Of a stretch of 64,000 nt of DNA, positions 9,736 to 20,760 are shown piece after piece. Both the position numbers and the translations under genes were made by a program. The DNA comes from Syntrophomonadaceae bacterium (lineage in GTDB: Bacteria; Bacillota; Syntrophomonadia; Syntrophomonadales; Syntrophomonadaceae): positions 3,113-67,112 of the forward strand of contig JBEHWJ010000002.1 of NCBI GenBank assembly GCA_040217755.1, written 5' to 3'. Position 1 is the stretch's first letter, and every line of letters starts with the position of its first letter. The notes under the pieces were generated by a model. The model was not told where the DNA came from. It saw nothing but the letters and a program-made list of their open reading frames with translations, and made no database searches.

Positions 9736-10788
9736 GTGGGGACATTGAGAAGACGAAATTTCCTCGCGTTTCTTAAGGGGATTTTGTTTATTCAGATCTT
9801 TTTGGTAGTCATAATAGCCGGTTTAAGTATGGACATCAACCGCAAGTATGTGGAAGGGGTGCAATTATTAAGCCGGGAGCGCATACTTTGGCCTTTCTCC
9901 GGGGTGCAAATCACGGAGCGACAAGCTGAATTTCTGCTGCAGGAGAACAACGTTTTGCTGGCCGGGATCGACAATATCCCGGGCAGGGCGCTGGACGATG
10001 GTTACAGTGCTTCTACCACCCCGGAAAACATGCTTGGCGCCCATATCCAAGCTTTGGCATTCGCCGGGCACTCCCGCAACAACGGCATCGCCGATCCTGA
10101 GGAGGATCTGAGCGGACCCGGGGAAGAGACCGCAGAGATGGAAGAAACAGTGGTGCCCAACGCTGCCGCCTTGGCTCGTCTCCAGAAAAGCCAGGTTTTC
10201 TTATACTGCACCCATGGTGGTGAAACCTACCTCCCCAACAGCGGCACGGCACGGCTGGACGGCAAACGCGGACTTATCAACCAGGTGGCTTCCACCTTGG
10301 AGAAATCATTGCAGGATTCCGGGTTACCGACCCAGTTCATAGACACCATCCATGATGCCGATTATAACAAGAGCTATACCTTATCCCGCCAGACGGTAAC
10401 CAAAATAGTAAACACCAATAAAAATATCATCGGGCTTTTCGATATTCATCGCGACAGTATACCCGGGGAAAGCAAGGCCTCGACTGTGAGTATAGACGGC
10501 AAAAAGTGCGCCCGTATCCTGATCGTGGTCGGCACCGACGAACGTAAACCGCATCCCCGTTGGAAGCAGAATTATGCTTTCGCCGAGAAGATTTACCGGG
10601 AGGGTGAGAAGATGTATCCCGGGCTCATTAAAGGAGTTATCACCAAAGCCGGAACCTACAACCAGGAATATCACCCCCGGGCCTTGGTGCTGGAATTTGG
10701 CAGCGATACCAACAACCTTGACGAGGTAACCCGGAGCGCCCGATTGTTTGCAGAAATACTGGTGGAAGTATTAAAGGAGGTCGAATAG
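9736..10788 (+). CDS. spoIIP: Stage II sporulation protein P (SpoIIP amidase/peptidase family)
   Basis: 350 aa. N-terminal TM segment and conserved SpoIIP core (YCTHGGETYLP...FDIHRDS). Position matches Bacillus. Confidence 0.85.
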   Translation: MGTLRRRNFLAFLKGILFIQIFLVVIIAGLSMDINRKYVEGVQLLSRERILWPFSGVQITERQAEFLLQENNVLLAGIDNIPGRALDDGYSASTTPENMLGAHIQALAFAGHSRNNGIADPEEDLSGPGEETAEMEETVVPNAAALARLQKSQVFLYCTHGGETYLPNSGTARLDGKRGLINQVASTLEKSLQDSGLPTQFIDTIHDADYNKSYTLSRQTVTKIVNTNKNIIGLFDIHRDSIPGESKASTVSIDGKKCARILIVVGTDERKPHPRWKQNYAFAEKIYREGEKMYPGLIKGVITKAGTYNQEYHPRALVLEFGSDTNNLDEVTRSARLFAEILVEVLKEVE

Positions 10789-10790
10789 GA

Positions 10791-11090
10791 GTGATGGTGA
10801 GATTGGGACGAACCTTGCTGGTGCTGGTGGTGGTGGTCCTGGTCGGTTTGGGACTAACCCTGTCCGCCCGGGGCATTAACAGCTTGACATTGGCTCAGCC
10901 GCCCATATTGATGGTACAGGCTGTCGATGATGTTATCACCGTGCAGGCCCTGGGCGAAAGCTGCCGCCTAAGCAAGCACAACATTCAGGAAGCAGGGCAG
11001 GGGATGGGTAGGATGTTGGAGAGGCAGGCCTGGAAGTCCATGGTAAGGATGGGACAGGCCCTGGCCGATTATGCTGGCCTGGTACATTGA
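10791..11090 (+). CDS. Hypothetical small membrane protein (occupies the yqxA position)
   Basis: 99 aa with one N-terminal hydrophobic segment. AAGGAGG lies about 11 nt upstream and it abuts the spoIIP stop. I recognise no family. Confidence 0.4.
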   Translation: MMVRLGRTLLVLVVVVLVGLGLTLSARGINSLTLAQPPILMVQAVDDVITVQALGESCRLSKHNIQEAGQGMGRMLERQAWKSMVRMGQALADYAGLVH

Positions 11091-11112
11091 ATACAGTTTG
11101 ATTCTGAGATCT

Positions 11113-11136
11113 ATCCGACCGGGAAGCCGGTCGGAT
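11113..11136. terminator. Bidirectional hairpin
   Basis: ATCCGACCGG-gaag-CCGGTCGGAT followed by a T-rich tract, between convergent ORFs. Confidence 0.55.
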
Positions 11137-11139
11137 TTC

Positions 11140-11385
11140 TTATTTGCGCCGTTTTATGGTCTGGTACAGGACCAAAACCAGGAAAACGAGGGCACCGGAC
11201 AGTTTTAGAAGTGAAGCTGGGGCGGGATTCCAATTCTCATAAACAAGGCCGCTATAGTATAGCAGTATCCCCAGGCCAACTACCGATTGCTGGATACGGC
11301 TATCCTTGAAATAAGGCCAGTTGAGCCCTATATAAAAACCCACCAGGACTGCGGGCATCAAATAAGTCAAGATTATATCGGTCAT
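11140..11385 (-). CDS. Hypothetical small membrane protein
   Basis: 81 aa from the ATG preceded by AAGGGAGTGA, with three hydrophobic segments. I recognise no family. Confidence 0.45.
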   Translation of the reverse strand: MTDIILTYLMPAVLVGFYIGLNWPYFKDSRIQQSVVGLGILLYYSGLVYENWNPAPASLLKLSGALVFLVLVLYQTIKRRK

Positions 11386-11525
11386 ACCATTCACTCCCTT
11401 GATACTATCCAATCCATGATAGCAGAAGATTAACCAAATGGAAAATCCCCTCCGCCGGTTGATTGTAGACGGTACTTTCGATAGGGTATAATGTAGGGCG
11501 TTACAAAGGACTTCAAGGAATCCTG

Positions 11526-13349
11526 ATGGAGGTTGCCCAATTGCAGGAGCGGATAAGAAATTTCAGCATCATCGCCCATATCGACCACGGCAAATCGACC
11601 CTGGCCGATCGTTTGCTGCAGATCACCGGTGCCTTGAGTGCCCGGGAGATGCGGGAACAGTTTCTGGACAAGATGGATCTGGAGCGGGAAAAGGGGATCA
11701 CCATCAAACTACAGCCCGTCCGCCTCAACTATACGGCCCGAAACGGACAAACCTATATACTCAATCTTATCGATACCCCCGGGCATGTGGATTTTGCCTA
11801 CGAGGTGTCCAGGAGCCTGGCCGCTTGTGAAGGTGCATTGCTGGTGGTGGACGCGTCACAGGGGATAGAAGCCCAAACCCTGGCCAATGTATATATGGCC
11901 ATGGATATGAACCTGGAGATAATCGGGGTGGTCAATAAAATAGACCTGCCCGGCGCCGAACCGGAAGTAGTCAAGCAGGAGATGGAAGATGTACTGGGAC
12001 TGGATAAGGCCGATATCATACCCATCTCGGCCAAATTAGGCATCGGGATCGAGGATGTCCTCGAGGCCATCGTGGAAAAAATACCGTCTCCCAAGGGTGA
12101 TCCGGCCGGAGAGCTGCGGGCTTTGATATTCGACTCCTATTTCGATTCCTACAAGGGAGCGATATCTTACATCCGGGTGGATGCGGGGGAATTACACAAG
12201 GGTGATATGATCCGGATGATGTCCAGCGGCAAGGATTTTGAGGTTACCGAAATAGGGGTACTATCGCCCTTCATGACCACGGTGGAGAGCCTGAAGGCGG
12301 GGGAGGTCGGTTATCTGGCGGCCGCCATCAAGAATGTGACCGACACCAAGGTGGGCGATACCATCACCAGTTCGGAAAGACCGGCCCGGCAGCCGCTGGA
12401 AGGTTATCAGGAGGTCAAGCCCGTGGTCTTCTGCGGTTTATATCCGCTGGAGAACAACGATTTTGAGAGGCTGCGGGATGCCCTGGAGAAGTTGAAATTG
12501 AATGATTCATCGCTGGTATATGAACCGGAGTCTTCCGATGCATTGGGATTGGGATTCCGGTGTGGTTTTTTGGGGTTGTTGCATTTGGAGATCGTCAAGG
12601 AAAGATTGGAGCGGGAGTATGACCTGACCCTGATGGCCACTGCCCCCAGCGTCATCTATCGCTTGATCCTCACTGACGGAACCGAGATATCGGTCCGCAA
12701 TCCCAGCCGCTGGCCGGATCCGCAGCGGATCGACAAGGTTATGGAGCCTTATGCCAAGGCGTCCATAATGGTTCCCAATGATTATGTCGGTACCGTGATG
12801 GAGCTATGCCAGGAGAAACGGGGTCAATTCATAAACATGGAGTACCTGACTCCGCACCGGGTGGTAATAAGCTATAGTCTCCCCCTGGCCGAGATACTGG
12901 TGGACTTTTTTGATGGACTGAAATCGAGAACCCGGGGATACGCGTCCTTGGATTACGATATACGCGGATATGAGGTATCGGATCTGGTGAAACTGGATAT
13001 CATGTTGAACGGGGAAACGGTCGATGCGCTGAGCACCATATGCCATAAGGACAAGGCCTATTACCGGGCCCGGGCTCTGGTGGAGAGGCTGCGCCGGATA
13101 ATCCCCCGGCAGCTTTACGAGGTGGTCATCCAGTCCTCCATAGGCAACCGGGTTATTGCCCGGGAATCTGTAAAGGCCATGCGCAAGGATGTATTGGCCA
13201 AATGCTATGGCGGGGATATAACCCGCAAGAAAAAACTTCTGGAGAAACAAAAGGAAGGCAAAAAACGCATGAAGCAGATCGGCCGGGTGGAAGTCCCTCG
13301 TGATGCCTTCATGTCGGTAATGGAAATAGACGGTGATAAAAAATCTTGA
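11526..13349 (+). CDS. lepA: Elongation factor 4 (LepA)
   Basis: 607 aa with GTPase motifs [15 protein letters not shown] and DTPGHVDF, and a LepA C-terminal domain. Confidence 0.97.
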   Translation: MEVAQLQERIRNFSIIAHIDHGKSTLADRLLQITGALSAREMREQFLDKMDLEREKGITIKLQPVRLNYTARNGQTYILNLIDTPGHVDFAYEVSRSLAACEGALLVVDASQGIEAQTLANVYMAMDMNLEIIGVVNKIDLPGAEPEVVKQEMEDVLGLDKADIIPISAKLGIGIEDVLEAIVEKIPSPKGDPAGELRALIFDSYFDSYKGAISYIRVDAGELHKGDMIRMMSSGKDFEVTEIGVLSPFMTTVESLKAGEVGYLAAAIKNVTDTKVGDTITSSERPARQPLEGYQEVKPVVFCGLYPLENNDFERLRDALEKLKLNDSSLVYEPESSDALGLGFRCGFLGLLHLEIVKERLEREYDLTLMATAPSVIYRLILTDGTEISVRNPSRWPDPQRIDKVMEPYAKASIMVPNDYVGTVMELCQEKRGQFINMEYLTPHRVVISYSLPLAEILVDFFDGLKSRTRGYASLDYDIRGYEVSDLVKLDIMLNGETVDALSTICHKDKAYYRARALVERLRRIIPRQLYEVVIQSSIGNRVIARESVKAMRKDVLAKCYGGDITRKKKLLEKQKEGKKRMKQIGRVEVPRDAFMSVMEIDGDKKS

Positions 13350-13353
13350 TTCC

Positions 13354-14484
13354 ATGGGGATATATCTACACATCCCGTTCTGCCTGCGGAAATGCAGCTA
13401 CTGCGATTTCTACTCCGTCCCCCGGGCCGATACTGAGCTTCTCGATCGATATACCAGCTGCCTGGTCCAGGAACTGACCCTGCGGGCTGCGGAATGGCGA
13501 CTCCCGGTTGCCAGCATCTACTTTGGCGGAGGCACCCCCAGCCTGCTGGCTCCCCAGCACATAGAAAAAATATTGGCTGTCATATACGAACTCTACCGTC
13601 CGGAGGATGCCGCGGAGATCACGGTTGAGGTGAATCCGGCTACCATCAGCCGGCCGGGTTTGGAAGACCTGCGCCAGGCAGGGGTCAATCGCCTGTCGAT
13701 CGGCGTGCAGAGTTTTATCGATCGGGAACTGAACATCCTGGGCCGGATACATGACAGCCAGCAGGCCGGACAGTGCCTTAATTGGTCTCATCAAGCCGGT
13801 TTTGCCAATGTCAACGTGGATTTGATCTATGGGATACCCGGGCAAAATTGGGATGACTGGCGGACCAACCTGAATCAGGCGATGGATTATGCTCCGCAGC
13901 ATATTTCAACCTATCTGTTACAACTGGAAGCCGGTGTGCCGTTGGCCCGCCGGGTCGCTGCGGGAACCCTGGCCATGTTGACAGATGAAGAGGAGGCAGA
14001 CCTGTACTATCGGGGCCGTGATTGCTTGCTGGAAGCCGGTTACGTTCACTATGAATTATCCAATTATGCCCGGAAGGGCTGGCAATGCCGGCATAATATA
14101 GGCTACTGGGGGGTGGGCGCCTACCTGGGCGTCGGAGTGGGGGCGGTCAGTTTCGACGGACGGCAGCGCCGCCTGAATAGCCCTCCCCTGGAAGAATACC
14201 TGACCGCCCTGTCAGGGGCGGCCCGACCGCATCAGCAGATACTCGAAACCATGGGCCATCGCGAGCAACTGGCGGAAGCTATGGTGATGGGACTGCGGCA
14301 GGTGGCCGGGATTGACAGGAGCACCCTTTGCCGTCGCTTCGGAGCGGATGCCTGGGCGGATTATCAAACGACCATCGACCGCCTGGTATCCCGGGACCTG
14401 TTGGTAGTCAATGACGACCGCGTCTATCTGTCACCCCGGGCATATTTCATCTCCAATGCCGTTCTGAGCGAGTTTTTGGATTGA
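13354..14484 (+). CDS. hemW: Radical SAM heme chaperone HemW (HemN-like, oxygen-independent coproporphyrinogen oxidase family)
   Basis: Radical SAM motif CxxxCxxC (YLHIPFCLRKCSYCDF). The start is adjusted to the ATG at 13354, just after the lepA stop. Confidence 0.9.
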   Translation: MGIYLHIPFCLRKCSYCDFYSVPRADTELLDRYTSCLVQELTLRAAEWRLPVASIYFGGGTPSLLAPQHIEKILAVIYELYRPEDAAEITVEVNPATISRPGLEDLRQAGVNRLSIGVQSFIDRELNILGRIHDSQQAGQCLNWSHQAGFANVNVDLIYGIPGQNWDDWRTNLNQAMDYAPQHISTYLLQLEAGVPLARRVAAGTLAMLTDEEEADLYYRGRDCLLEAGYVHYELSNYARKGWQCRHNIGYWGVGAYLGVGVGAVSFDGRQRRLNSPPLEEYLTALSGAARPHQQILETMGHREQLAEAMVMGLRQVAGIDRSTLCRRFGADAWADYQTTIDRLVSRDLLVVNDDRVYLSPRAYFISNAVLSEFLD

Positions 14485-14493
14485 TACTATGGC

Positions 14494-14522
14494 TTGACAA
14501 GCGATGGTGCAAATGCTATTTT
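14494..14522 (+). promoter_or_regulatory. Sigma-A type promoter of the hrcA heat-shock operon
   Basis: TTGACA (14494-14499), 17 nt, TATTTT, with TG two nt upstream of the -10. Confidence 0.6.
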
Positions 14523-14535
14523 TTAAGAAACCGGC

Positions 14536-14562
14536 TTAGCACTCGATGCGGGAGAGTGCTAA
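14536..14562 (+). promoter_or_regulatory. CIRCE operator (HrcA binding site)
   Basis: Perfect consensus TTAGCACTC-N9-GAGTGCTAA, between the promoter and hrcA. Confidence 0.92.
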
Positions 14563-14578
14563 CAGATTGGGTGAGATT

Positions 14579-15610
14579 ATGCCATTGACGGATAGGCAGA
14601 GACGAATACTGGAGTCGATAATAAAAGACTATGTTTCCACGGCTGAACCGGTTGGTTCCAGAGCGATGGTCAAAAAGCACGGTCTCAATATCAGTGCTGC
14701 CACCGTCAGGAATGAGATGGCCGATCTGGAGGAGATGGGTTACCTGGAGCAACCCCACACTTCGGCGGGCAGGATTCCATCCGAAAAGGGGTTTCGTTAT
14801 TATGTCGACTTCATGATGGAAAACGAAACGCCCAGCGCCGAACAGATGGGTCTGCTCCATCAGGCCCTGGACGACCGGATGCAGGAATGGAATGACTTAG
14901 TCCAGCGGGTTGGATATTTCTTATCCCAGGTGACCAATTATGCCTCGTTTATTATCGTACCATCGGTAAAATTGAGCCAATTTCACAACCTGCAGATCAT
15001 CCCCATCCAGGAAGGGCAGGCTATTGTGCTGGTGGTAACCGACATCGGCATAATACTGCACCGCCGCATCTCGATTCCGCCTTCCATGCATCCCGATGAA
15101 CTTAAGATGATAGGCGACCTGTTCAACCGGGCTTTGAGAGGCAAGAACCTCCATGAGATCAAAAGAGGTGATCTGATGGTCCTGCGCGATGAGATAAAGA
15201 ACCGGCGCAAGGTTATCGACAAAGCCCTGGAGGCTATAGATACTTTGCTGGACCACTCCCAGGATGACCGGGTCGTGATCACCGGCGCCTTAAATATAAT
15301 CAAAGAACCGGAGTTCAAGGATCTGGATAAGTTGCGCAAGGTGCTCACCATATTTGAAGAGGATGGGCAGATCAAAGATATATTGCCGGACCAGATCAGT
15401 GAAGAAGTCGATATCAGGATCGGCAAAGAGAACAAATTGGAGGATATCAGGGAGATGAGCCTGGTTTTTGCCGGCTATAAAACGGCCGGCGAGATGGGCA
15501 AGATGGGGGTAATCGGTCCGGTGCGGATGGAGTATTGGAAAGCAGCCGGTACGGTGGAATCAGTCAGCCGTATTATCGATGAAATTGTAAACCGCTGGGG
15601 ACTGAAGTAG
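14579..15610 (+). CDS. hrcA: Heat-inducible transcription repressor HrcA
   Basis: 343 aa from the ATG at 14579 (MPLTDRQRRILESIIKDYVSTAEPVGS). The ORF-track start at 14546 lies inside CIRCE. Confidence 0.93.
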   Translation: MPLTDRQRRILESIIKDYVSTAEPVGSRAMVKKHGLNISAATVRNEMADLEEMGYLEQPHTSAGRIPSEKGFRYYVDFMMENETPSAEQMGLLHQALDDRMQEWNDLVQRVGYFLSQVTNYASFIIVPSVKLSQFHNLQIIPIQEGQAIVLVVTDIGIILHRRISIPPSMHPDELKMIGDLFNRALRGKNLHEIKRGDLMVLRDEIKNRRKVIDKALEAIDTLLDHSQDDRVVITGALNIIKEPEFKDLDKLRKVLTIFEEDGQIKDILPDQISEEVDIRIGKENKLEDIREMSLVFAGYKTAGEMGKMGVIGPVRMEYWKAAGTVESVSRIIDEIVNRWGLK

Positions 15611-15644
15611 AATCCCGGTCGCCGTCCCGCAGCAAGGAGATATC

Positions 15645-17201
15645 ATGTCCGATAACAGTATCCATAAAGGCGAAATAGACGAGAAGACCCAAGCCCTGTT
15701 GAGCAACGCCAACGCTGCCCGTTTACTTGCCCAGACCATAGAGGGTACCATTGGACCCAAGGGTTTGGACATAATGATGGTCGGAAACCTTGGCGATGTA
15801 GTGATCAGCAACGACGGGGTCACTATATTAAAACTGATGGCGGTTAATCACCCTGCAGCCAGGATGATCATTAACGCTGCCCGGGCCCAGCAGGAACGGG
15901 TTGGGGATGGCACTACCACTGCCACCATCCTGGCAGGGACACTGGTGGCGGAGGGCGCCAACCAGGTTATGAAAGGGGTACCGGTCACCCAGGTAATCGA
16001 GGGGATCAAGCTGGGCGTGGAATGGAGCGTGCAATTAATCGAACAGCACAACCGCAGCGTCGCTTCAGTTGATGATCCAATCCTGTTCAACGTAGCAGTC
16101 ACCGCCGGCCGGGATCAAAGGGATATCGCCGGTCTGGTGCTGGAAGGGGCCAGGATTGTCGGGCGCCAAAAACTGCTGGACCCGGATTACAGGTTCTGTG
16201 ATGCGGTGGTAGCCAGGGAAGGTGCCGTCAGTCAGGTATTTATGGGGACGGTCGTTAACCGCTCCCCCCTCAATAAAGATATGCCCAGGATTTTGGAGGG
16301 TGCCAGGATACTGGTTCTGGATGATGCCCTGGCACCAGAGGACATAGATAATGAATCCAGGCATACCGAAGCAGGTTTTCTGCATTATCTGGAGAACAAG
16401 AAACGCTATGAAGGCAATTTACGCAAGATATGCGCGATGGGCGTAAATATGGTGTTGGCGGACCGCAGTATCGACGATATCGGCGAACAGATCTTCACCG
16501 AAGCCCACATAATGGCGGTCCAAAGGGTATCGCGGCGAGAACTCGATACATTATGCAAGCACACCGGGGCCCGGAAATTAAAGAGGAACGGCCTCAGCCT
16601 CCCTGAAGAGCAGCTAAACGGCTATCTGGGCCGTGCCGCCCGGGTCCAGGCAGATGATAAATTGGGCAGTATATCGGTGCGGGAAGGCGGCGGCTTGCCC
16701 CAGGCCACAGTCCTGGTGGGAGCCGCGACCGAAGAAGTTGCCGGTGAAAAGGAACGTATCGCCCGTGATGCAGCCGCAGCCGTACAGGCGGCGCTCCAAA
16801 AAGGCATCGTCCCCGGCGGCGGGGCCATAGAAGTGTGGACCGCCAGGCAGTTGGATAGGCTGGCTGGCGAAGTGAAAGGGATGGCGGCTTACGGGGTGCA
16901 AGCTGTAAAAGAAGCGCTCTTGCGTCCTTTCGCATGCATAGCTGCCAATGCCGGCTTTAATCCCTTGGAGAAGATAAGCCAGGTGATAGCCGAACAAAAT
17001 CAAAACGAATCGAACAGCATAACGCTTGATTGCGACGATGGCAGTATGATCGACGCTTTTTCATGTGGCATCGTCGACCCGTCCCTGATCAAGATACACG
17101 CATTGAAGACGGCCGGGGAAGTCGCCGCCGCGATTTTAAGAATCAATACCATAATCAAAATGAAAGATGGGGAATGTAATACACAGGATTCGGTAGAATA
17201 G
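15645..17201 (+). CDS. Archaeal-type (group II-like, TCP-1/thermosome family) chaperonin
   Basis: 518 aa with thermosome-like motifs GPKGLDIMMV, NDGVTILK and VGDGTTTATILAG. There is no GroEL signature, and it sits between hrcA and grpE. Confidence 0.85.
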   Translation: MSDNSIHKGEIDEKTQALLSNANAARLLAQTIEGTIGPKGLDIMMVGNLGDVVISNDGVTILKLMAVNHPAARMIINAARAQQERVGDGTTTATILAGTLVAEGANQVMKGVPVTQVIEGIKLGVEWSVQLIEQHNRSVASVDDPILFNVAVTAGRDQRDIAGLVLEGARIVGRQKLLDPDYRFCDAVVAREGAVSQVFMGTVVNRSPLNKDMPRILEGARILVLDDALAPEDIDNESRHTEAGFLHYLENKKRYEGNLRKICAMGVNMVLADRSIDDIGEQIFTEAHIMAVQRVSRRELDTLCKHTGARKLKRNGLSLPEEQLNGYLGRAARVQADDKLGSISVREGGGLPQATVLVGAATEEVAGEKERIARDAAAAVQAALQKGIVPGGGAIEVWTARQLDRLAGEVKGMAAYGVQAVKEALLRPFACIAANAGFNPLEKISQVIAEQNQNESNSITLDCDDGSMIDAFSCGIVDPSLIKIHALKTAGEVAAAILRINTIIKMKDGECNTQDSVE

Positions 17202-17215
17202 AGGTGACGAAAGGT

Positions 17216-17767
17216 ATGGCAGAAAATACCACCCAAAAGGTGAACGGGATTCCGGTGACCGAGGCTGAGGCGGTTGAGAGTAACCCGTCCGCGGAAAAGA
17301 CACGGGAAGAACAGCTTACCGAGGAACTGCTCAAGTACAAGGAAGAAGCGGAAAAAAATTATGACAAATATCTGCGCGCCCTGGCTGAGGCTGAGAACAC
17401 CAGAAAACGCAGCATCCGAGACCGGGAAGAGTATATCAAATACGCCAATGTGGGTATGGTCAAAAAGATTCTCCCCATCATCGACGACCTGCAACGGGCT
17501 ATAGAGGCAGCCAATTCGACCCGGGATATCGAGGCTATGTTGAAGGGTGTGGAAATGATCGCCGGGCGGCTGGATGAGGTTTTGATGGGAGAAGGGGTCA
17601 CTGCTATCGAGAGCGTCGGTAAACCGTTCGACCCTCAATATCATGAAGCCTTGATGGTAGAGGCCAGTGAAGACCATCCACAGAACACGGTTATCGAGCA
17701 ATTTCAGACCGGATATGTGATGCATGATCGAGTAATCCGACCTAGCCTGGTAAAGGTTAGTTCATAA
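17216..17767 (+). CDS. grpE: Nucleotide exchange factor GrpE
   Basis: Acidic coiled-coil N-terminus plus GrpE C-domain ([12 protein letters not shown]...). The ATG at 17216 follows GAGGTGA; an alternative GTG lies at 17204. Confidence 0.9.
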   Translation: MAENTTQKVNGIPVTEAEAVESNPSAEKTREEQLTEELLKYKEEAEKNYDKYLRALAEAENTRKRSIRDREEYIKYANVGMVKKILPIIDDLQRAIEAANSTRDIEAMLKGVEMIAGRLDEVLMGEGVTAIESVGKPFDPQYHEALMVEASEDHPQNTVIEQFQTGYVMHDRVIRPSLVKVSS

Positions 17768-17786
17768 TATTTGGAGGTGTCTGGTA

Positions 17787-19604
17787 ATGGGAAGAGTAGT
17801 GGGGATTGACCTGGGTACGACCAATTCCGTCATCGCAGTGATGGAAGGTGGGGAAGCGGTCGTCATCAACAGTATCGAAGGGGAGAGGATAACCCCGTCG
17901 GTAGTCGGTTTTTCCAAGACCGGGGAGAGACTGGTAGGCCGGGTGGCCAAACGTCAGGCGACGACCAACCCGGAGCGAACTGTTTCCTCCATAAAAAGAC
18001 GTATGGGGACTGATTATAAAGTCAGTATAGACGGCAAAAAATATTCGCCGCCGGAGATATCAGCCATGATACTGCAGAAGATGAAATCCGATGCGGAAAG
18101 TTATCTGGGTGAAAAGATCACCAAGGCGGTGATCACGGTGCCAGCCTATTTTACCGATTCCCAGCGGCAGGCCACCAAGGATGCGGGCACCATTGCCGGC
18201 CTTGAGGTATTGCGGATCATCAACGAACCCACTGCTGCGGCACTGGCTTACGGGATGGACAAGGAAGAGAACCAGACCATCATGGTATTTGACCTCGGTG
18301 GAGGCACCTTCGACGTCTCCATATTGGAGATAGGGGATGGCACATTCGAGGTTAAGGCCACCAGTGGCAACAACCGGCTGGGCGGTGATGACTTCGATGA
18401 GAGGATCATAAACTGGCTGGCAGATGAATTCAAGAAGGAGAACGGCGTAGATCTGACCAAAGATAAAATGGCCATGCACCGGCTCAAAGAGTCGGCTGAA
18501 AAGGCTAAGCATGAATTATCCAGTCTAATGAGTGCCGATATAAACATACCCTATATAACAGCCACCCAGGAAGGGCCCTTGCATCTGGAAAGAACCCTGA
18601 CCCGCGCCCGCTTCAATGAGATGACCGCCGACCTGGTGGAAAAAACTGTGGGCCCCATGAAGCAGGCCATGAAAGACGCCAACCTCAAGGCTGCCGATCT
18701 TGACAAGGTCATCCTGGTGGGTGGTTCCACCAGAATACCGGCGGTTCAAGATGCAGTTAAAGCCTACACCGGCAAAGAGCCGTTCAAAGGCATCAATCCC
18801 GATGAGGTGGTTGGCCTCGGTGCCGCCATTCAGGCCGGAGTTTTAACCGGTGATGTAACCGATGTGGTTTTACTCGATGTCACCCCTTTATCGTTGGGGA
18901 TCGAAACCCTTGGGGGAGTTTTCACCAGGATTATCGAGCGCAATACCACCATTCCCGTCTCCAAGAGCCAGGTGTTCACCACCGCTGCAGATAATCAACC
19001 CTCGGTCGATATCCATGTATTGCAGGGGGAAAGAAAGCTGGCCCAGCACAACGTGACCCTGGGTCGTTTCCAGCTGGCTGGAATACCCCCCGCCCCGCGG
19101 GGAATACCCCAGATCGAGGTAAAATTTGATATAGATGTCAATGGTATCGTCAATGTTACCGCTAAAGATCTGGCTACCAATAAAGAACAGAAGATAACCA
19201 TTACCTCTTCCAGCGGCCTAAGTGATGATGAGATCGAGCGGATGGTCAAAGATGCTGAGAAATTCGCCGAAGAAGACAGCCAGCGCTTTAAAGAGATAGA
19301 GGCCAGGAACGCCGCGGACAGCATATTATATCAAGTTGACAAAAACCTGAAAGAGTTTGAAGATAAGATAGACGAAACCGACCGGACCGCTGTCAATAAT
19401 GCCAAAGAGCAGCTGCAGAAGGCCCTGGAAGGTGATGACATAGCCGAGATCGAGCGCTGCACCGGGGAATTGACCCAAGCCATGTATGCATTTACCAGCA
19501 AGATGTACCAGAATGTCAATCCCGAGCCAGGAGGGCCCGGCGGCGCAGACGAGGATATAATCGATGCCGACTATAACATGTCGGATGATAAGGAAGGCAA
19601 ATAG
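17787..19604 (+). CDS. dnaK: Molecular chaperone DnaK (Hsp70)
   Basis: 605 aa with [10 protein letters not shown] and [10 protein letters not shown] motifs. Confidence 0.98.
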   Translation: MGRVVGIDLGTTNSVIAVMEGGEAVVINSIEGERITPSVVGFSKTGERLVGRVAKRQATTNPERTVSSIKRRMGTDYKVSIDGKKYSPPEISAMILQKMKSDAESYLGEKITKAVITVPAYFTDSQRQATKDAGTIAGLEVLRIINEPTAAALAYGMDKEENQTIMVFDLGGGTFDVSILEIGDGTFEVKATSGNNRLGGDDFDERIINWLADEFKKENGVDLTKDKMAMHRLKESAEKAKHELSSLMSADINIPYITATQEGPLHLERTLTRARFNEMTADLVEKTVGPMKQAMKDANLKAADLDKVILVGGSTRIPAVQDAVKAYTGKEPFKGINPDEVVGLGAAIQAGVLTGDVTDVVLLDVTPLSLGIETLGGVFTRIIERNTTIPVSKSQVFTTAADNQPSVDIHVLQGERKLAQHNVTLGRFQLAGIPPAPRGIPQIEVKFDIDVNGIVNVTAKDLATNKEQKITITSSSGLSDDEIERMVKDAEKFAEEDSQRFKEIEARNAADSILYQVDKNLKEFEDKIDETDRTAVNNAKEQLQKALEGDDIAEIERCTGELTQAMYAFTSKMYQNVNPEPGGPGGADEDIIDADYNMSDDKEGK

Positions 19605-19632
19605 GTGAGGCTTATCAGGAAGGTGGGGAAAA

Positions 19633-20748
19633 ATGGCCTCCAAGCGAGACTATTATGATGTTTTGGGGTTGAGCAGATCGGCTGCTGCTGAAGAAATCAA
19701 GAAAGCCTATCGGCAGAAGGCGAAAAAATATCATCCCGATGTCAATAAAGAAGACGCCGATGCAGCCGAGAAATTCAAGGAGGTCGCCGAGGCATACGAA
19801 GTCCTCAGCGACCCCCAGAAGCGGGCCGCCTATGACCAGTACGGGCATGATGCCTTCGATCCTTCCCGCATGGGGGGAGGATTTACTGATTTCAGCGGCA
19901 TGGGTGGATTCGGAGATATATTCGACATGTTCTTTGGCGGGGCGGGAGGCCAGCGCCGCCGGGGGCCGCAGCGGGGCGCAGACCGGGAGGTAAGGCTCGA
20001 CATTAGCTTCGAGGATGCCGTCTTCGGAGCTGAAAAAGAGATGGATCTGATGCGGGTGGAGAATTGCGAAAAATGTGACGGAAGCGGTGCTGAACCCGGC
20101 TCGGCGATCAACACCTGCCCGCAGTGCCAAGGCAGCGGCAAGGTCAGAAATGTTCAGAATACGCCTTTCGGGCGTTTTGAGACTACCCACACCTGCAGCC
20201 GATGCAACGGGGAAGGCAGGGTCATCGAGAAACCCTGCACTGCTTGTAAAGGACGGGGCAAAGTCAAACGCAAACGGGCTATCAATGTACGTATCCCGGC
20301 GGGGATAGATACCGGGGCCCGGCTGAGAATACAAAATGAGGGCGAAGAAGGTATACTCGGCGGTCCTCCCGGAGACCTGTATATCGTAGTGGTGGTCAAA
20401 AATCACCCTCACTTCAAGAGAGACCGTTATACCTTGATCTGCGACCTGGATATAAATATGGTACAGGCTGCTTTGGGGGCAGAGGTGGAAATACCGCTGC
20501 TCAGGGGTGACAGCCATCTGTTGCATGTTCCGGAAGGAACTCAACCCGGGGATATATTGACGGTGAAGAATAAGGGCATACCTCACCTGCAGGGAAGCCG
20601 TAACGGGGATCTGAAGGTTCGGATAAATGTAAAGATACCTACCCGCCTCAACAAAAGGCAGAAGGAACTCCTGGCCTCCCTTTTCGAAGGGGAAGACAAG
20701 GAGACCAAGAAGGGTTTGTTCGATAAATTGAAAGACGCTATGGGTTAG
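19633..20748 (+). CDS. dnaJ: Molecular chaperone DnaJ
   Basis: J domain (DYYDVLGL...HPD), a G/F region and four CxxCxGxG zinc motifs. Confidence 0.97.
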   Translation: MASKRDYYDVLGLSRSAAAEEIKKAYRQKAKKYHPDVNKEDADAAEKFKEVAEAYEVLSDPQKRAAYDQYGHDAFDPSRMGGGFTDFSGMGGFGDIFDMFFGGAGGQRRRGPQRGADREVRLDISFEDAVFGAEKEMDLMRVENCEKCDGSGAEPGSAINTCPQCQGSGKVRNVQNTPFGRFETTHTCSRCNGEGRVIEKPCTACKGRGKVKRKRAINVRIPAGIDTGARLRIQNEGEEGILGGPPGDLYIVVVVKNHPHFKRDRYTLICDLDINMVQAALGAEVEIPLLRGDSHLLHVPEGTQPGDILTVKNKGIPHLQGSRNGDLKVRINVKIPTRLNKRQKELLASLFEGEDKETKKGLFDKLKDAMG

Positions 20749-20760
20749 GGGTCAGACTGT

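Noticed and set aside
19615-20586. 323-aa minus-strand ORF. Similar long antisense ORFs occur at 17000-17725, 2340-3296, 48495-49334, 56794-57525, 27173-27829 and 25078-25767.
   Set aside because: All lie antisense to strongly supported conserved genes (dnaJ, grpE, leuS, ffh, folD, pgpH-like, yqfD). They lack SD sequences and look like ordinary shadow ORFs for this GC content.
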